A DNA stretch of 64,000 nucleotides from Dudresnaya verticillata (Eukaryota): NCBI GenBank assembly GCA_977862235.1, contig OZ374557.1, forward strand, positions 3,596,001 to 3,660,000, given 5' to 3'. The stretch's first letter is position 1. The number at the start of each line of letters is the position of its first letter. Made by a program: the position numbers and the translations under genes. Shown here in pieces: positions 1-13,478 of the stretch. The notes beneath the pieces were generated by a model. That model did no database searches. It worked only from the letters and a program-made list of their open reading frames with translations, and was not told where the DNA came from.

Positions 1-3
1 AAG

Positions 4-375
4 ATGGCACGCGAGGCAGGCTTCGTGGTTGTAGTGGCGGACGCTTTCACAGTGCGTGCCCCGCCTTCTGGGGCCTGTACCGTGCTCTTCATGCCGCACT
101 GTGGTAGAGCTCTAAACAAGAAGACCCTGAGGCGATGTTCAGAGTTTTCAGACAAGGGAATTGTTCTCTTTGGCAACATCCTGTCTGGTCACGCAGCATT
201 CCCGCGAGGTTCCTATGGCTTCTCGTTGCATGGTTTAATTGCCAGGCTTATAGGTTCAAAGGCACTACATGAGAGGGAAAGTCTAGAGTCGAAGCGGTCA
301 ACGCGTGAGTTGGATTTCAACGATCTTGTTGCGACCACAATCGAAGACCCAGGCAACGATATGAACCACGATTAG
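4..375 (+). CDS. SRR1-like domain, C-terminal fragment (possibly pseudogene; 5' part outside window)
   Basis: LFMPHCGRALN, VLFGN and a terminal FNDL resemble SRR1-family motifs (F.MPHC / GNSF / FND). Confidence 0.6.
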   Translation: MAREAGFVVVVADAFTVRAPPSGACTVLFMPHCGRALNKKTLRRCSEFSDKGIVLFGNILSGHAAFPRGSYGFSLHGLIARLIGSKALHERESLESKRSTRELDFNDLVATTIEDPGNDMNHD

Positions 376-384
376 CACGCTTGG

Positions 385-1131
385 CTACAGCAGATGGCTC
401 CATTTGTTGCATATTTGATGCTTAGTCTGTTCCGGGGCCGTGCCGCCTACAGTGTTCCGCAGGGCGACGCTCTGCTCAGGCTTCCACCAGTTGAGACACT
501 CAGCGTTCGCTTCCGGCTCGGACATTTGAATCTACTCTAGGGTTAACTTATCAAGGCTCACATAAGTTTTCCGGCAATACCCAACCAGAAGACCAACCCG
601 GTGGTGGGCATCCCGGCACGGAAAACCCTGTTCGACTAGTCACTCCGCAAGTTCCGTAGCCATTAGAGCCGGGTACCTCGCTGCTTCATACATGCGCTCC
701 TTATTCACACGCATCGATGCAACCATTGGCCTGTAAACCGAAAGCACCAGCTTCACAGTGTCAATAGCGTCGAAAATGGGCTCCTTATCCTCTTGCATGT
801 CGCGATTGTATTCCAGAGGAATTCTCTTCATAATCGTAAGCAAAGTCGCAAGGTCTCCTTGAACCCGACCAATTCTTCCACGCGTCAGCTCACACATGTC
901 TGCGTTCTTCTTCTGCGGCAGAAGGGAGCTTGCCGTGCAAAACGCGTCGCCAAGTTCAACCCATCCAGCTTCTTGGCTCATCAAGAATATGATATACTCA
1001 ATGAGGCGGGACAGATGCATCATTACAATGCTGCAAGTCGAAACTAGCTCTGTTTCGAAATCGCGGTCACTAACGGCGTCCAGGTAATTGTTGCATACGC
1101 CGCCTAAGCCCAGTTCCTTCGCGACAAAATC
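385..1131 (-). pseudogene. argH: Argininosuccinate lyase, 5'-truncated C-terminal half
   Basis: One frame reads DFVAKELG..LDAVSDRDF..MMHLSR..SSLLPQKKNAD..YNRDMQEDKE..ATELAE*LV..RDAHHRVG..GGTAP, with in-frame stops at 640-642 and 532-534. Similarity ends at about 1131. Confidence 0.92.
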
Positions 1132-1444
1132 TCAGCGGAAGCTATAAACACCGGTAGAGGTTTGCTGGACCCCGCAGTGTTTTTCATGACTCAAGGGTAT
1201 ATGGGATGAATAGCCATCGCGTTCTCCAGCAAATATGAAAGCGTCTTTGACAAATTGAGCATAAAGGTCAAGGGCCATTTCATAGTTGGAAAGCGAGGCA
1301 GATCTGCCTGCTACACTCCAGTGCACATATTGCGCAAGGGAGTGCGAAAAACGGGAGGTAGTCTACTTCACTCTGCAATGTCATGCGTAACGAAAGCGGA
1401 TATGCAGGGCATCCAAATCGAAAGTAGTCCTGGCAGTGTGGTAA

Positions 1445-1508
1445 GTTATGCCACATCAAGGACAATCAGCGCTACTTTATGTCAGCGTTACGTTATGCCA
1501 CATCAAGG
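1445..1508. repeat. 17-bp direct repeat GTTATGCCACATCAAGG x2
   Basis: Copies at 1445-1461 and 1492-1508, about 100 bp beyond the 3' end of the transposase-like gene. Confidence 0.8.
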
Positions 1509-1605
1509 GCATTCAGAGTAGGTATTGGGTCATTAGCATTCCGAGGTTCACAACAATTCCCTTCTCCTTCAATCCAGGAGCTTAAGGCTTTAATGGACTA
1601 TCGTG

Positions 1606-4262
1606 CTACGATTTCTGTAGGGAGCCTCGTATCTTCTTCTTAACGGCTTGGGGCAGGCATCTATTAGACAGCTTCTCAAACTCAACGAGGACAGACGCGG
1701 CATCAACATCGTCCATCCATGCCCTCTTGGTTCTGGCGTAGACAGAAGGGCGATATTTACCGTCCCACGCGTCCTGTCCTGAACCAACCTCATACCACGT
1801 GATTGACAGGGTGCAAACGACACCTGCGCTGTCCTTCTTCCAGCCCTGTACCTGTCCGATCCAGAAAGGCACATTATTGTCCTTAATGTTCAGCACCACG
1901 AAACGGTTGACACCATACGTCAAGTCAGCACGCTGATTCTCGTGCTCAGCGTCATCCTGCTCCTCAGCGTCTCTATCTGCATCCTCCCCCAGTTCAACAT
2001 CGCTTTCAACAACTTGCTCCGACGTTCTATATACACCCTTCTTCTCGAATAACTTTGTCAGGTCCCAATGCAGAGACTCCTCGCGATCGCGGAAGACCTC
2101 ATCGCGCAACTTTTGTAACTCCTTTAGCTTCGCGGAGTCATTGATTCGCAGCTCCTCTGAGCGTAAGCGCTTGCTTACTTCTTCTTTATCTGGAGGGGAA
2201 ATTGTCGCAGTGGCAGGTGTCTTTCCCAACTCGGGTGGGAATAGCAAGAAGCCTTGTTGAGGTCCCTTTGTTTTCAACGCCTTCCACGAATCCTTGCAGC
2301 CCACTCTTACCTCACACTTCGTCTTGTAATAGGCTGCAGTAGAACCGGCGTCCAGTTCTGATCTGGAAAATTTGAAGTAGCGAAAGTGGGAGGAAGGCTC
2401 AACCCCCCTATAAACTTTTCCTGTTTGCAGAGTTCGGACCAGTTCGCGATGTGTCGCATGCGCGTCACTATAGGCGCGGGTCTGTACGATTGGCGTAGTT
2501 CCTCCATCAAGTCCTGCATAATCACCTTGTCGTGGACGCGAAGCCTCCTGGAGGTGCAACTAAAAGTTTGGTCGATGTCGGCATGTGTGTGCCCGATTGG
2601 CAAGAAAGATATATGCACTTCAGTGAATACCCCCACGACATGAGCGACTCCAAGTACGCGAGTAGGAACGTGTTCTTGTTTTCACGTATACAGTTGTCTC
2701 CTTGCAGAAAGAGAGTGCCCCGGACCTCCCCTCTATCATATTTGGTTGCTAACACGCGGTTCAACGCCTCAACAATATGGTTCGCACCGGATTCGAACTC
2801 GGCAGTCATTGGTAATAACGACAATCGATCTGCAGCACCGTGGTACAGTACTCCTATTAGCTTTGCCGCCAGCGCATGACCCGTTTTGGCTTTCGATCGA
2901 ACATGGAAGTGCGGCAGACCATACGCCGATTGATCTGCACCATCAATAATCATTGAGCAATACCTTGTCGGCGAGAGTTTTGTCATGTCGCATTTCTTCC
3001 GGTACTCGATTCTTTCCTGCCTTACCATCTCTATATGCCGCCTGCGGCGCTGTCTCAATCCCTCTGTTGCCGTCTGGTCTGCACCCCCCGAAGTCATGCG
3101 GGCAAGTTGGTCCCTCACAGTCTCGCACTCGGCACATTTCGCGAATCGGTAGGTTTTGCGCACTTTGATCCTTGCGCAATGTGCAGTCCAAACAGTGTAA
3201 AAGTAGCTCTGAGACGGCGGTGTCTTTCCTCGGTACAATTTGGAAAGCTCACGCACAAAGACCTCGTACACCGCCTGCGTTTGAAAGAAGGGTAGATGAA
3301 GCTCGTCTCTGTCCGGCATTGCGTCAGATATAGCTTCCGCTAAACTCTCTAAGAAGCTCACAATGAGTTCAAGGGAGTCTGTGGAAGCATCTCGTGAGCT
3401 CTTTCCGGGGCCGGCCCGCCTTCGGGCCTGTCTCGTTCCTTTCGTTGACGACTGCAAGTCCCTCGAAAATCCAAATGCCGTTCCAGAAACGTGTAACACA
3501 CCGGCCTGGCGTTGAAAAGTACATATTAGAGTTGGGTTCCAACAGGCTTCGTAGATATGCCCGTCGAGCTGCTCCGTTCATTACAATCGTACGCCTCGCT
3601 TCCTCCTGAATATTTGTGTTTTCAATTGTCGCAAAACATTGTTTTGACTGACAACATAACCATGACGAGATGTTTGTGTTCTCAAGGTCTTCGAGCAGTT
3701 TCCGGTGCTTGCTGGCCATCAATGGAGCACAACGGGTTCCTTTCGGCCTGCTGTGATAGTTGTAACTTCGCTTCTGCCGGGTGTGCCCTTGTGCTATGTC
3801 CACATCCCCCTCTTCCGGCCCTGTCCTAACAGCAGCAGTTGCCTTCCCACGAGGGCTGGGCACCGCGTTTGCCTCAACTGGTCGTTCTATTTCGGCATCC
3901 TCCTCATCCTCAGCACTTTCTTTATCGCCCCCGTCACCCTCCTGTACGTATGCCTCGTCACCAGGTTCTTCTGATTCTGAAGAATCCTTCGTACTTGGTC
4001 TGGGTATACCAGCTGTATTTGAAACCTCTGGTCGACGTCGCCATCGCGGTCTGGTTCGAGGTGTGTATTGCAGAGGTGATGCGGTCAATACAGGCGAAGG
4101 AGCTGTTTGCGGGGAATAAGCAGTCAGCCTCTTTCCTCCTCGGCGACTCTTTGGCGGTGTTTTCATAGAAGGTTCCTCCCCGGGAAGACGGGTCGCGGGG
4201 AGAGGTGTGTCTGCTGCCGTACTGGAGCGGGCGGCAGCATGTTTGTTTCGCATCTGCGCCAC
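1606..4262 (-). pseudogene. Sola-like (DDD-type) transposase, split by at least 3 frameshifts
   Basis: Overlapping ORFs 3369-4262, 2522-3499, 2307-2636 and 1606-2559 give FAKCAEC, IIDGADQ, LQGDNCIRENKN and FLPIGHTHADIDQTFS. The DNC..NKN / GHT...D pattern is Sola-like. No TIRs found. Confidence 0.6.
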
Positions 4263-5641
4263 ATCCTAAACATGCATTCCTACCTCAAGACCGCGAAGAG
4301 TAGCAGTTGGATCTTCGGCGCCCTTGTAGGTGTAACAATAGGGCTTCGAAGCAAATTCTCCTTCTATCTTCACCTTGTAAATGACAGCCAATGTTTGCCC
4401 TTCCTCCTCGACCTCGTGCAGATAATGCCCATGTAGTCTAGTGCAATAGCACCCTGTGCTGTCCGCTGCACTAGGCTCTGGCGGGGCGAGCGACTCAGCG
4501 GTGCCAACTATCAGCCCTTTGTCGAGCAACTGAACACGCCTTCGCGTAGGGGGAGTAACAATTTCCTTCCCATCATTATCTTCATGGACTGCAGCTGAAT
4601 ATGTCGACATTTCTGGTCCAGCTTGCCAACCTTTGTAGTCTCCGAGTCGCGGAGATCTCCTTCCAGCCGATGATACCACCGGGAATTAATATTGAGGAGG
4701 CAACAGCAGGTGCCGGCGCTGGTGAAACGTCTGGGAGATATTGCGAAAGGGCGTGGAACCACCTGATTTGCCTGTCTGATTCTAGGAGGTTCTGATATTT
4801 TCAGAACGAGGGCACGCAAATGTGCACGACCGGGAGTAGACCTGCCGGACGCCAGGCGGCGAAATCACGTGCAGATACAATTTTGCACGGAATTGGCTCG
4901 AGGGCAGGTGTGTTGGACCCACCTGGCGTTCATTGATGCTGCAGCGTTCGCACTTGATATCGTCTCTACCAAGCATTTCAATTCCATTTTAAGATGGCAT
5001 TCAAGAAAGAGGTGCTTCGGGTAAGCCAAGACAATGTGGCGACCGTGAAGACATGTTTGCTCACGTTTGCTCAAGTTGTTTCCGTGCTTGATGCTTCTAT
5101 CGGGACCGATGCCAGACTCTGTTGATGGCCTAAAGCTGCTGGTGAATATGAAGACAAACAGGTGTCACAAGAATATAATGATCTCCTACGGTATGTATAA
5201 TCTGTTTCTCCGCAAAATGTGGCAGAGTTTCAGGAACAGTTGAAACGGGAAGCTCGATAAAATGTTTTCATCGTTCACAAGCAACCCTGGGGCTCTTGCA
5301 CAAAGTGCAGCCAGAATTACATGTCAAAACATTGCTGACCAGGTGAACAACGGCTCAGCAATTCAGTGAAAGAATGATGAACTAGTGAGTAGACAACCAG
5401 TCGAGGAGCATAATGGAACGCTACCCATCGTCCAGCTTACGCGCTGTTGGCACCTGTGAGACATTTTTATGGAGTAGCTCGGATTTTGGAGGTGATTTGC
5501 GCCAGCAGGTAGCGCAATGCCATGGCGTCGTGTACGATGTGCGCATTTATGCGGCAGGTGTGTTTCTAACAGGGCTTGGGGCCGGGGCCTGGTGCTGTGC
5601 TTTGTAAGCCAATTTTATAGTCCGGATGCGAGAACCAGGTG

Positions 5642-5906
5642 TTTCATGAGTCAGATATGTTCCTCGAGAGGAATTAACATACTCCCCCGGTTTCCTAACG
5701 CGTTTAGAAACATAAGTATGACCACGGATTGTGTGGGCTGCGAGTAGTGTCGGCTATGGTGCAAGAATCAACTGTCAGGCCTGGGCGCTGAACTGCGGAT
5801 ACTTTTCGAAGAGGACACTCCAGGGCTGGAACGAAATAAAGTCATCACCCTGATTAACTTGCTCCAGAAGCTTTCCGGCAGCAACGCTTGGGCAGGCAAA
5901 ATGTAA
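5642..5906 (+). pseudogene. ERO1: ER oxidoreductin ERO1, C-terminal fragment
   Basis: Manual translation [47 protein letters not shown] matches the ERO1 CxxCxxC region (DCVGCEKCRLWGK). Stop at 5745-5747; an upstream FHESDMF is in another frame. Confidence 0.88.
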
Positions 5907-5970
5907 ACAATTATTCATCGTGATGCACGTGTGTATGCTGGAGGCGGTTCAATGGAAGGGGTATTTGCCA

Positions 5971-6520
5971 TCATATTGATATCACGAGCGATTGAAACCC
6001 CAACTCACCTGGAATCCGCAAGCTCGGCAGCTCGTAGTACCACACCTTGCAGTTCTCTGACCACATTTTGAAGGCATAGTCAGTATAGCCGACATTCATC
6101 ACCTCTATGATGACACTGCGTGTGCGACGACATGGCGCAGATATTGGAACACAAGAAGTGCAGAATTCTTGGTAGTAATCAAAGGGAGGAATACAACGTT
6201 GACGGCAGGATGGCGTAATGCAAATCTTGAAGCACAGTGCAGCAGTCGACGCTGCAGGCAGACCAGAACCGCGAACGCATCTGTGTCGTAGCATGCATAT
6301 GAACCCCATTGATTGGAAACCGTGGGACGTTAGGAGAACTCCAGCTCGAGAGAAAACACCGACATGCTGTTCTTTGGTCTCAACTCTGTCCGTAGGGATT
6401 AATTGGATCCCCACTTCGCACTTGCCAAAGGCCTTCGGCAGCCGGAATTGTGAAGGGCCTTCACGAGACCATCCAAGTTTTCGATACCTCTAGTAACATA
6501 CAGCTACAAGATGAAAATCC
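5971..6520 (-). pseudogene. Glycosyltransferase family 61-like C-terminal fragment
   Basis: RGIENLDGLVKAL (shifted frame), then QHVGVFSRAGVLLTSHG..M..SVIIEV, resembling the GT61 pattern R.I.N / Q...F..A.V....HG / VIE. Confidence 0.6.
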
Positions 6521-6949
6521 TTTTTGGAGGCTGGGGATACTACTTATCACCTACGTGGGTCATGGGTAGCTCGGGGATACCATACAACGCATAACTGCGA
6601 CGGCCCATATATCTGAAATCGCGCTCATGCGCGCAGATTCAGATCTGTATGACCCGCCAGTGAACAACCTTCTGAATTGGCTTTCGTGCCTTACCACCAT
6701 CAGACCTCCAAGCCTCTCCTAAAACCATACAAATACTTCATGGGATCTTGTAACGCTGTGTTTCTTCAACGTATTCTGCCGTTTCCAGAAAGCACCAGCA
6801 CGTACTGCAGGTATCGATCGAAAGAGGAAGACATCGGACCTGATGGGCAAATGCTACGCCCATTCCTCACACGCAGCTTCAAAGTCCCCAGTCTCTGCTA
6901 TGATCTCGTATGCACGCATCATCTCCTTCCCAATAACTGTCACAGCACC

Positions 6950-7845
6950 CTTTTACATCCCTCGTGATAAGTCGTGGTCGACATCAAATGGGTCTTCATT
7001 GCAGAACAAGTGCTTCGACTCAAGGAGTGGTCGTGTGGGGAACTGTATGCGCTCCCGCTTCACTGGACTGGAAGCGGCCACGATCTTGGCGGCACTATCT
7101 CCGCTTGCTGCTGCGGACGCCTGCGCCTCATCTCGCAATCCCCGATTCTCCGCATCCGCCTTTTCCAAGCCTGTAACGCAGCCTTGGCGGCTTCAAAAGC
7201 TACCTTGTACTGGCTTTGCTTGGATTCCCATTCCCTGTACACAGTCTGCTCATCCCAATTGCGAATTGCGCGAGAGGCCTTTGATCCCAGTCGTATCGAC
7301 GCAAGGTCTGTGCGGTAGCGAAACGTGTAAGCATGGTACCGAAAGATTCCAACCAAAAGCTCCGGGGTGTGGTTTGCTGTCTGGAATGTTTCAGATGTCA
7401 CAGTTCTGTCATAGTAAGTGTTGTACAGTTTTTGGTTGCCGTTATCAGTCATTTCCTTTGGTAGCTTGACGCCGTTCTTCACACGTTTTCCGTTGACTAT
7501 TTGCTGTAAACAGGGCAGGACGGGAGGTTGCAATGTCTGCAAATAATGAATGACGAGAAGAGTATACGCATATGAACTCAACGTACCATGGTAGGCGTCA
7601 TTGAGGTCTCATCGTTTTGCCCATTTCTTGACCAAGATGCATACGTACGGAAATCTTTCATCAAAGTCAACGTAAGCCTTCAGTAGCTCTGTATTTCTGA
7701 CAGCAAGTGTATTGTTAACATATACATCCACCTGCAACTTGGAAACCGGGTCCAGCATCTTAATGACCGGCACTCGAGCCTCGAGGACCTTTTGCAGAAC
7801 AACAAACTTCTTTTCCTCCATGATAGCAGCCAAACGCGGGGGGGG
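6950..7845 (-). pseudogene. Cid1/URT1-type terminal nucleotidyltransferase (TUTase), 5'-truncated
   Basis: [80 protein letters not shown]. Stop at 7609-7611 and a frameshift near 7150; the N-terminal GS/DxD part is absent. Confidence 0.9.
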
Positions 7846-8074
7846 CGCGACATTGCACTGACGAGTAGTTCTGCAATGTTGCGGCAGCGTATACTGCGCG
7901 GTGAGGGGCCCATGGAAGTATCCGAGGTTACCTCAAAATCCGAATTAAAAAGCTCAGAAATTACAGCAAAATTAATCATTTCAGACCCGCTAATCTCAGG
8001 AGACGCTCCACTTTCCAAAGCATGTACTTTGGAAGGGTTTTATTTCAGTCTGTTTTTCAAAGTACATTCTGTAA

Positions 8075-11000
8075 CGCGGGAAACCAGTGTTCGTTGCCAA
8101 CGGAAGAATAGTACGGCACGGCCGGAGGGCGAACGTCGCCCAAGATAGGGGTTGCGGAACGAACGATCATCCCGCCCCAGGCGCAAAAGTGGATCTCGGT
8201 AGCAACTGAGCGAGCATGGGTCATTACCATCTAGCCGTTAGGAACGGTATATGATCGGCAAGCTTTGGCCGTTACCAACGGGGTCGCTCAAGTAGAGCCG
8301 CTGAGAGCGTTCCGGATCCTCGTCGCAAACGTTTCCCCGCGTCCGCAAGCGCTCGTTAAAGGACAAGTCGTCGCTACTGCGTTTCCACATCCCACAGCAG
8401 TGTTCCCAAGTCACATAAGTCTGGCAGATGTCCTAGGTATTACCGAGGAACAGGCAGGGGAGGAAGAGGCGAATCAAGATTTCCGTTTTGAAACGAATGA
8501 TGGAGTAACGGCACAGCCGGATACATTCGCTAAGTCGATCGAAGCAACTGTAGCTAAATCTCCGTCAGTGGACGATTTGGACCTGAGTCACCTCTCAGCC
8601 GAACATCAAGGCCGGCTGAAGGAGATGTTGCGCAGATACTCGTCGATGTGGGACGGTTCATCAGGAGAAATCGCAACCACGGAGCACTATATTGACTTGA
8701 TCCCCGGCTCCAGGCCGATATCAACCCCGCCCTATCGCGCTGGCCCAAAGCAAAGGCAACTCACTCAAGCGGAGGTGGATCGCATGCTGCGTCAGGGGGT
8801 TATCGAACCCGCACAATCGGCATGGGCGTCGCCGGTCGTCTTTGCTCCCGAGAAGGACGGTACACTCCGCATATCCGTTTACTACCGTCGCTTAAACGCG
8901 GTGACGATACGAGATACGTACCCTCTCCCGCGAATTGATGAATGTATTGACAGTCTAGGGGAAGCGAACGTCTTCACTACCTTAGACTGCAATATTGGTT
9001 ACTGGCAGGTGCTCATCAACCCGAGGGATCGCGACAAGACGGCTTTCAGATGCCATACTGGGTTGTTCCGCTATAAGCGTATGCCCTTCGGTCTTACGAA
9101 CGCACCGGCCACGTTTCAACGGACCCTCGATATCTTGCTTGCTAGTTACAAGTGGCGCTCATGCCTCGTCTACCTTGACGATGCGATCATATTCTCTAAC
9201 GATATCGAAAGTCACTTGCGTTACGTCGACGAAATCCTTGCGACAATGCATCGGGCCAGGGTGGCATTGAAGCTAGCCAAGTGCGACTTCTTCACCTCGA
9301 CCGTCCACTATTTGGGCCATGTGATACGTCTGAGAGGATTGGAAGTGGACCGTACGGTCACCCCCGAGTTACGCGAAGCTAAGCATCCGCGAGACAAGAA
9401 GGAATTATGGAGCTCTCTCGGATTGTGCAACGTCTATAGACGGTTTGTATCGCGATAAGCGCATGTCGCCGCTCCCCTCAACAAAGTGTTGAGGAAAGAG
9501 CAAGACGTCCGGTTACAACCGTTCACCGAGGAGCAAGCTCAGGCATTCAGCACGCTTGTCGAAGCGGTGACTCACCCGCCCATCGTGCCTTTTCCACAGC
9601 AGGGACTACCTTACTCCGTTGATTGTGACGCGAGTGAATACCAAGTTGGCTGCGCCCTCTTTCAAACGCAGCCTGACGGTGAACGGAAACCGCTTGGCTT
9701 CTGGTCACGCTCGTTAACCGCTCCGGAGCGCAACTACTCGGTATCCGAAAAGGAATGCCTCGCAATAGTTTGGTCAATCACAACGTTGAGACCGTACCTT
9801 GAGATGGATTCCTTCGTAGTCCATACGGACCATTCGTTGTTGAGGTGGCTGATGGAAATCAGCGATCCCTCGGGACGGTTAATGAGATGGCGACTTCGCC
9901 TCTCTGAATTCGACTTTGTCGTGAAGTACAAAAAAGGATACCTGAATACTCAGGCAGATGCCCTCTCACGTCTACAGACGAACGGCGAAACCGTCGAACC
10001 AATTGACGAGGATATCCCCTGTTACCACGGAAGTTGCGTCAAAGACGAGGATCACTCGCCAGTGGGCGGCTTCTCAAACTCAGAAAGCGGTATGTGAAAC
10101 ACCAGAGGTGAGGTTGATTTCTGTGAACGAGCGTTCGAGGAGTTCGACCAGATGTTGGTTACCAACGCGCCACCGGCGGATGAAGCGCTCCTTCGCCAAT
10201 TGACGCATGAAGAGTTGGTGCATGCCCAGGGCAATGACCATTAATGTTCCGAGATTCGGAAAGGTCTAGACGACGGAAACGCGTTACCTTTTGCAACGGA
10301 TGAACAGGGACTATTGGTCCGAACCGTCGAGGCCAGATCTCAAGTCGTTGTACCATCCGCGTTACGCGTTCGGTTGCTCCACCTCCGGCATCATGCCAGG
10401 TTAGCAGGACACCCAGGAGGGCGGAAGCTGTACCATACGCTCCGACGCGAATATTATTGGCCGTCTATGTCGGTGGATTGTTACGCGACCGTCCGCAATT
10501 GCGTTACCTGCGCGAAGAACCGGGTACTGAAATGAAAGAACGTGAAGGAGTTGAAACTGTTCCCAGCCACCGAGCCTATCGATGGAAACCTTTGTGTCCA
10601 TCGATATACTCGGGGAATTCATACGCACCAATCGGGGGAATAAGTTCCTACTGGTCATCGTGGACCGCTTCTCGAAGCTGGCACGGACGGTTCCCTTACG
10701 TAAGATTACGGCATTGGAAATCGCTAAGGCGTTTGTTCCGGTATTTGTGAATGGCCCACCCAAGAAGCTGCTGTCCAAGAACGTGCCGCAATTTGTAGCC
10801 AAGTTGTTCCAGGACGTCTGCCGCATCGTAAGAGTGGAGAATCTCTTCACCACGACGTACCATCCACAGTGCAACGGCCATGTGGAACGATTCAATCCAA
10901 CCATCCTCGCCTCCCTGCGTCACTACGTAGCAGATCACCCACGGGACTGGGATTTGTTCACCGATGCTTTGACATACGCGTACAAATACGCAACTGCATT

Positions 11001-12226
11001 GGTCTACCCATCTCGCTCCGTTTGAACTGGTGCTCTCTAAACCCCCGCGACCATTGTCGCTGGAAGCGCAACCGTCGCTTGAAAGCGTGCCCACCGCCGG
11101 ACAATACTACACCAAGTAGCGAACCTGGCTTCCCGCATTGATGGGAACCGCTAAAGCGTCGCTCGAGAAAACGCAGGCGCGTTAAAAACGGACCTTCGAT
11201 ACTCATATGAGGAAATCGAAGGAGCAGATCGCTGTGGGAGACTTTGCATTCGTGCGGAAGGAATACTTCGCCCGTGGCGGGAGCACCGATCGCGCAGAGC
11301 GGAAGCACAAGCTCTCGCCCGTGGCGGATGGACCATATCGAGTAACTCACGTCAATGAAGAGACAGTCACCGTCGACAAGGGACGAGGAGAACGCGAACG
11401 GTCATCTGGAGATCGCGTGGTACGGGCACCAACTCTACCAGGGCACGTCACCCCTGCAACCGTGCAGCCACCGGGGCCACCTGAAGGACAGGGGCCCACT
11501 GCCCCCACGTCAACAGACGAAGGAGTAGGAACCCCAGCCACGCTACAGGCGGACCCGGCAGGAGACACAGGGACACCACGAAGCGTGGAAGGCTCGCAGG
11601 AGCGAATGAATGCAACGACGCGAAGTCGTGAATTGGCACAGCTTTCGACCTTTGCCGCCAACCCCGATGACGGCGCCTCGCAATCCGTCTGCGACGATGA
11701 GGAGGGTACAGGCATCCGCACGCGAATGGGAAACGCAACCTCGGCATCGCCGGCTACCAACGAAAGTCCCGCTTCGATCGCATCAAATGTCGATGAGGAA
11801 GACCCCGTTAATGCGAAAAACACCGCTAGAAGCGAGGAATCAGTACGCATAAGCGATGAACAACAACCCGCTATGCAAGCGCTCGGGTCACCGACCCAGC
11901 ACCTTAGGCGATCGACTAATCGAGTACGGTTTGCAGAAACGGTGCTGACGCCCATCACACAACGAAGTGAACCACCCAAGTCGTTAGAAAGGAAGGGGCC
12001 CAAATCGACCGCTGCAAGCGAGATGGAGTAAGTTATCGAACGGGTTGAGTCGTGCGCACACGCGGAAGACGGCGAGATCTTCTACTGCGTCAAGTAGTTT
12101 GGATACCCCGCTTCAGCGAATACCTGGGAACCAGTGTCCAGCCTACCGCGATCGCACGTCGTGCGGTATCACCGTCAGAAGCACACGCGTCTGCCGCCAA
12201 ACATCGAAGACGCGCAGCGCGGGTAA
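8075..12226 (+). pseudogene. pol: Gypsy pol: RT, RNase H, integrase, chromodomain
   Basis: WASPVV, YPLPRID, MPFGLTNAPATFQR, YLDD; DAS, ERNYSVSEKECLA, DALSR; H..GH..C..C; YHPQCNGHVERFN; chromodomain VIERV..YCVK*FGY..NTWEP at about 12030-12150. Multiple stops and frameshifts. Confidence 0.95.
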
Positions 12227-13478
12227 TCCTAGTCAGAGTGGACGCTGGAAGCAAACGGGGAGGTCTAATTCGGCGAAAGTACACGCCACATGCTCATACG
12301 GGTGGACCGGGAGGTGCATTCGTTACGGACGAAGGGTGCTGGAATCTACCGCGTCAAGAACGGTTGGGTTGTCGACACGCGAATATGCAACCCTCTTCGG
12401 AGGGGGTCCGTAAGGACATGACGGCTGACAGTAGTCTGAAGGCGTGGAGGGCGCACGCACCACACAAAATCGGGCAACAAAAGAAATGGAAAATGTAATG
12501 TGAAAACAATAGAGCGAAGGCAACGCCAGCCACGCGGCGCCCAACAAACGAGGATCTGACAAGTGTGTGCCCCGGCGCTACGAGGGCCCACGAGGAAAAC
12601 GGAAGCACGGATGCGACAGACCGTCTCCCACATCCACGCCAAGACGCACCACCCACGGCCAAGTCCGAGACTCGCCACCCTTACGGGCGGCGCGCGCGCA
12701 ACCGCTCCAAGGAGAACGCTCGCGAGCATCAACGAAGTGGTCGCAGTCACAGAAGGGCGCACCAAACACGAGAGGAGAACCAATCGTCGGAGACGGAGTT
12801 ATCCCTGATTCGTGCACGCGCGCTAACCGCGAAAAGACTCCGCCGCTGGGCGGGGCGACCGCGCCCGCGAGTCGCAGGAGGCACTTCCAACATGCTACGC
12901 ATAACCGGCAGAGCCGTCACCGACGCTAGCCCAACAGCTCCCACGTCAAAGGCAAAAAGCCAACTGACCAACGCAACAGCCCCCTAACTACATATTTTAA
13001 TATGTAGGCAATCGCTTAACAAGCGGAATCACGATGTGAACAAAACGACTAAGTCCGGCCAACACCAACAACATGGGCTCCCCCAAAAGGGGCTTACGCT
13101 ACTGTAACGGCAACAAGAAGGAGGACGCCGCCAAGGCGACACCACCACAAGCATTTACGCAAGCTCTACTACAGCGAACCGACAACAACAACGACGACAC
13201 GAGCACGACCCGTCGGCTACACACTACTCACTATCGCAGCGCTCTACACCAAGTGGGAATAGAGCAACTACGTTTGACAACGGTCAAATTTATTCGGACT
13301 TCACAAGCGGGGGTAACCCCCGTGCCCGTATGACTTCTCACCATAACCTACGTCCCGAGACGCTGCACTAACCGTCTATGACGTATGAATTCATCGCTCG
13401 CCACCCCGCTGCGGGGCAGGCAAAGCGACACCACACGCGCTCTCGCGTCCGCTAACCGTTCTTAACGATCCGACAACG

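Noticed and set aside
385..1131. Bacterial horizontal transfer of argH
   Set aside because: Algal and plant ASL are bacterial-like anyway; a phylogeny would be needed.
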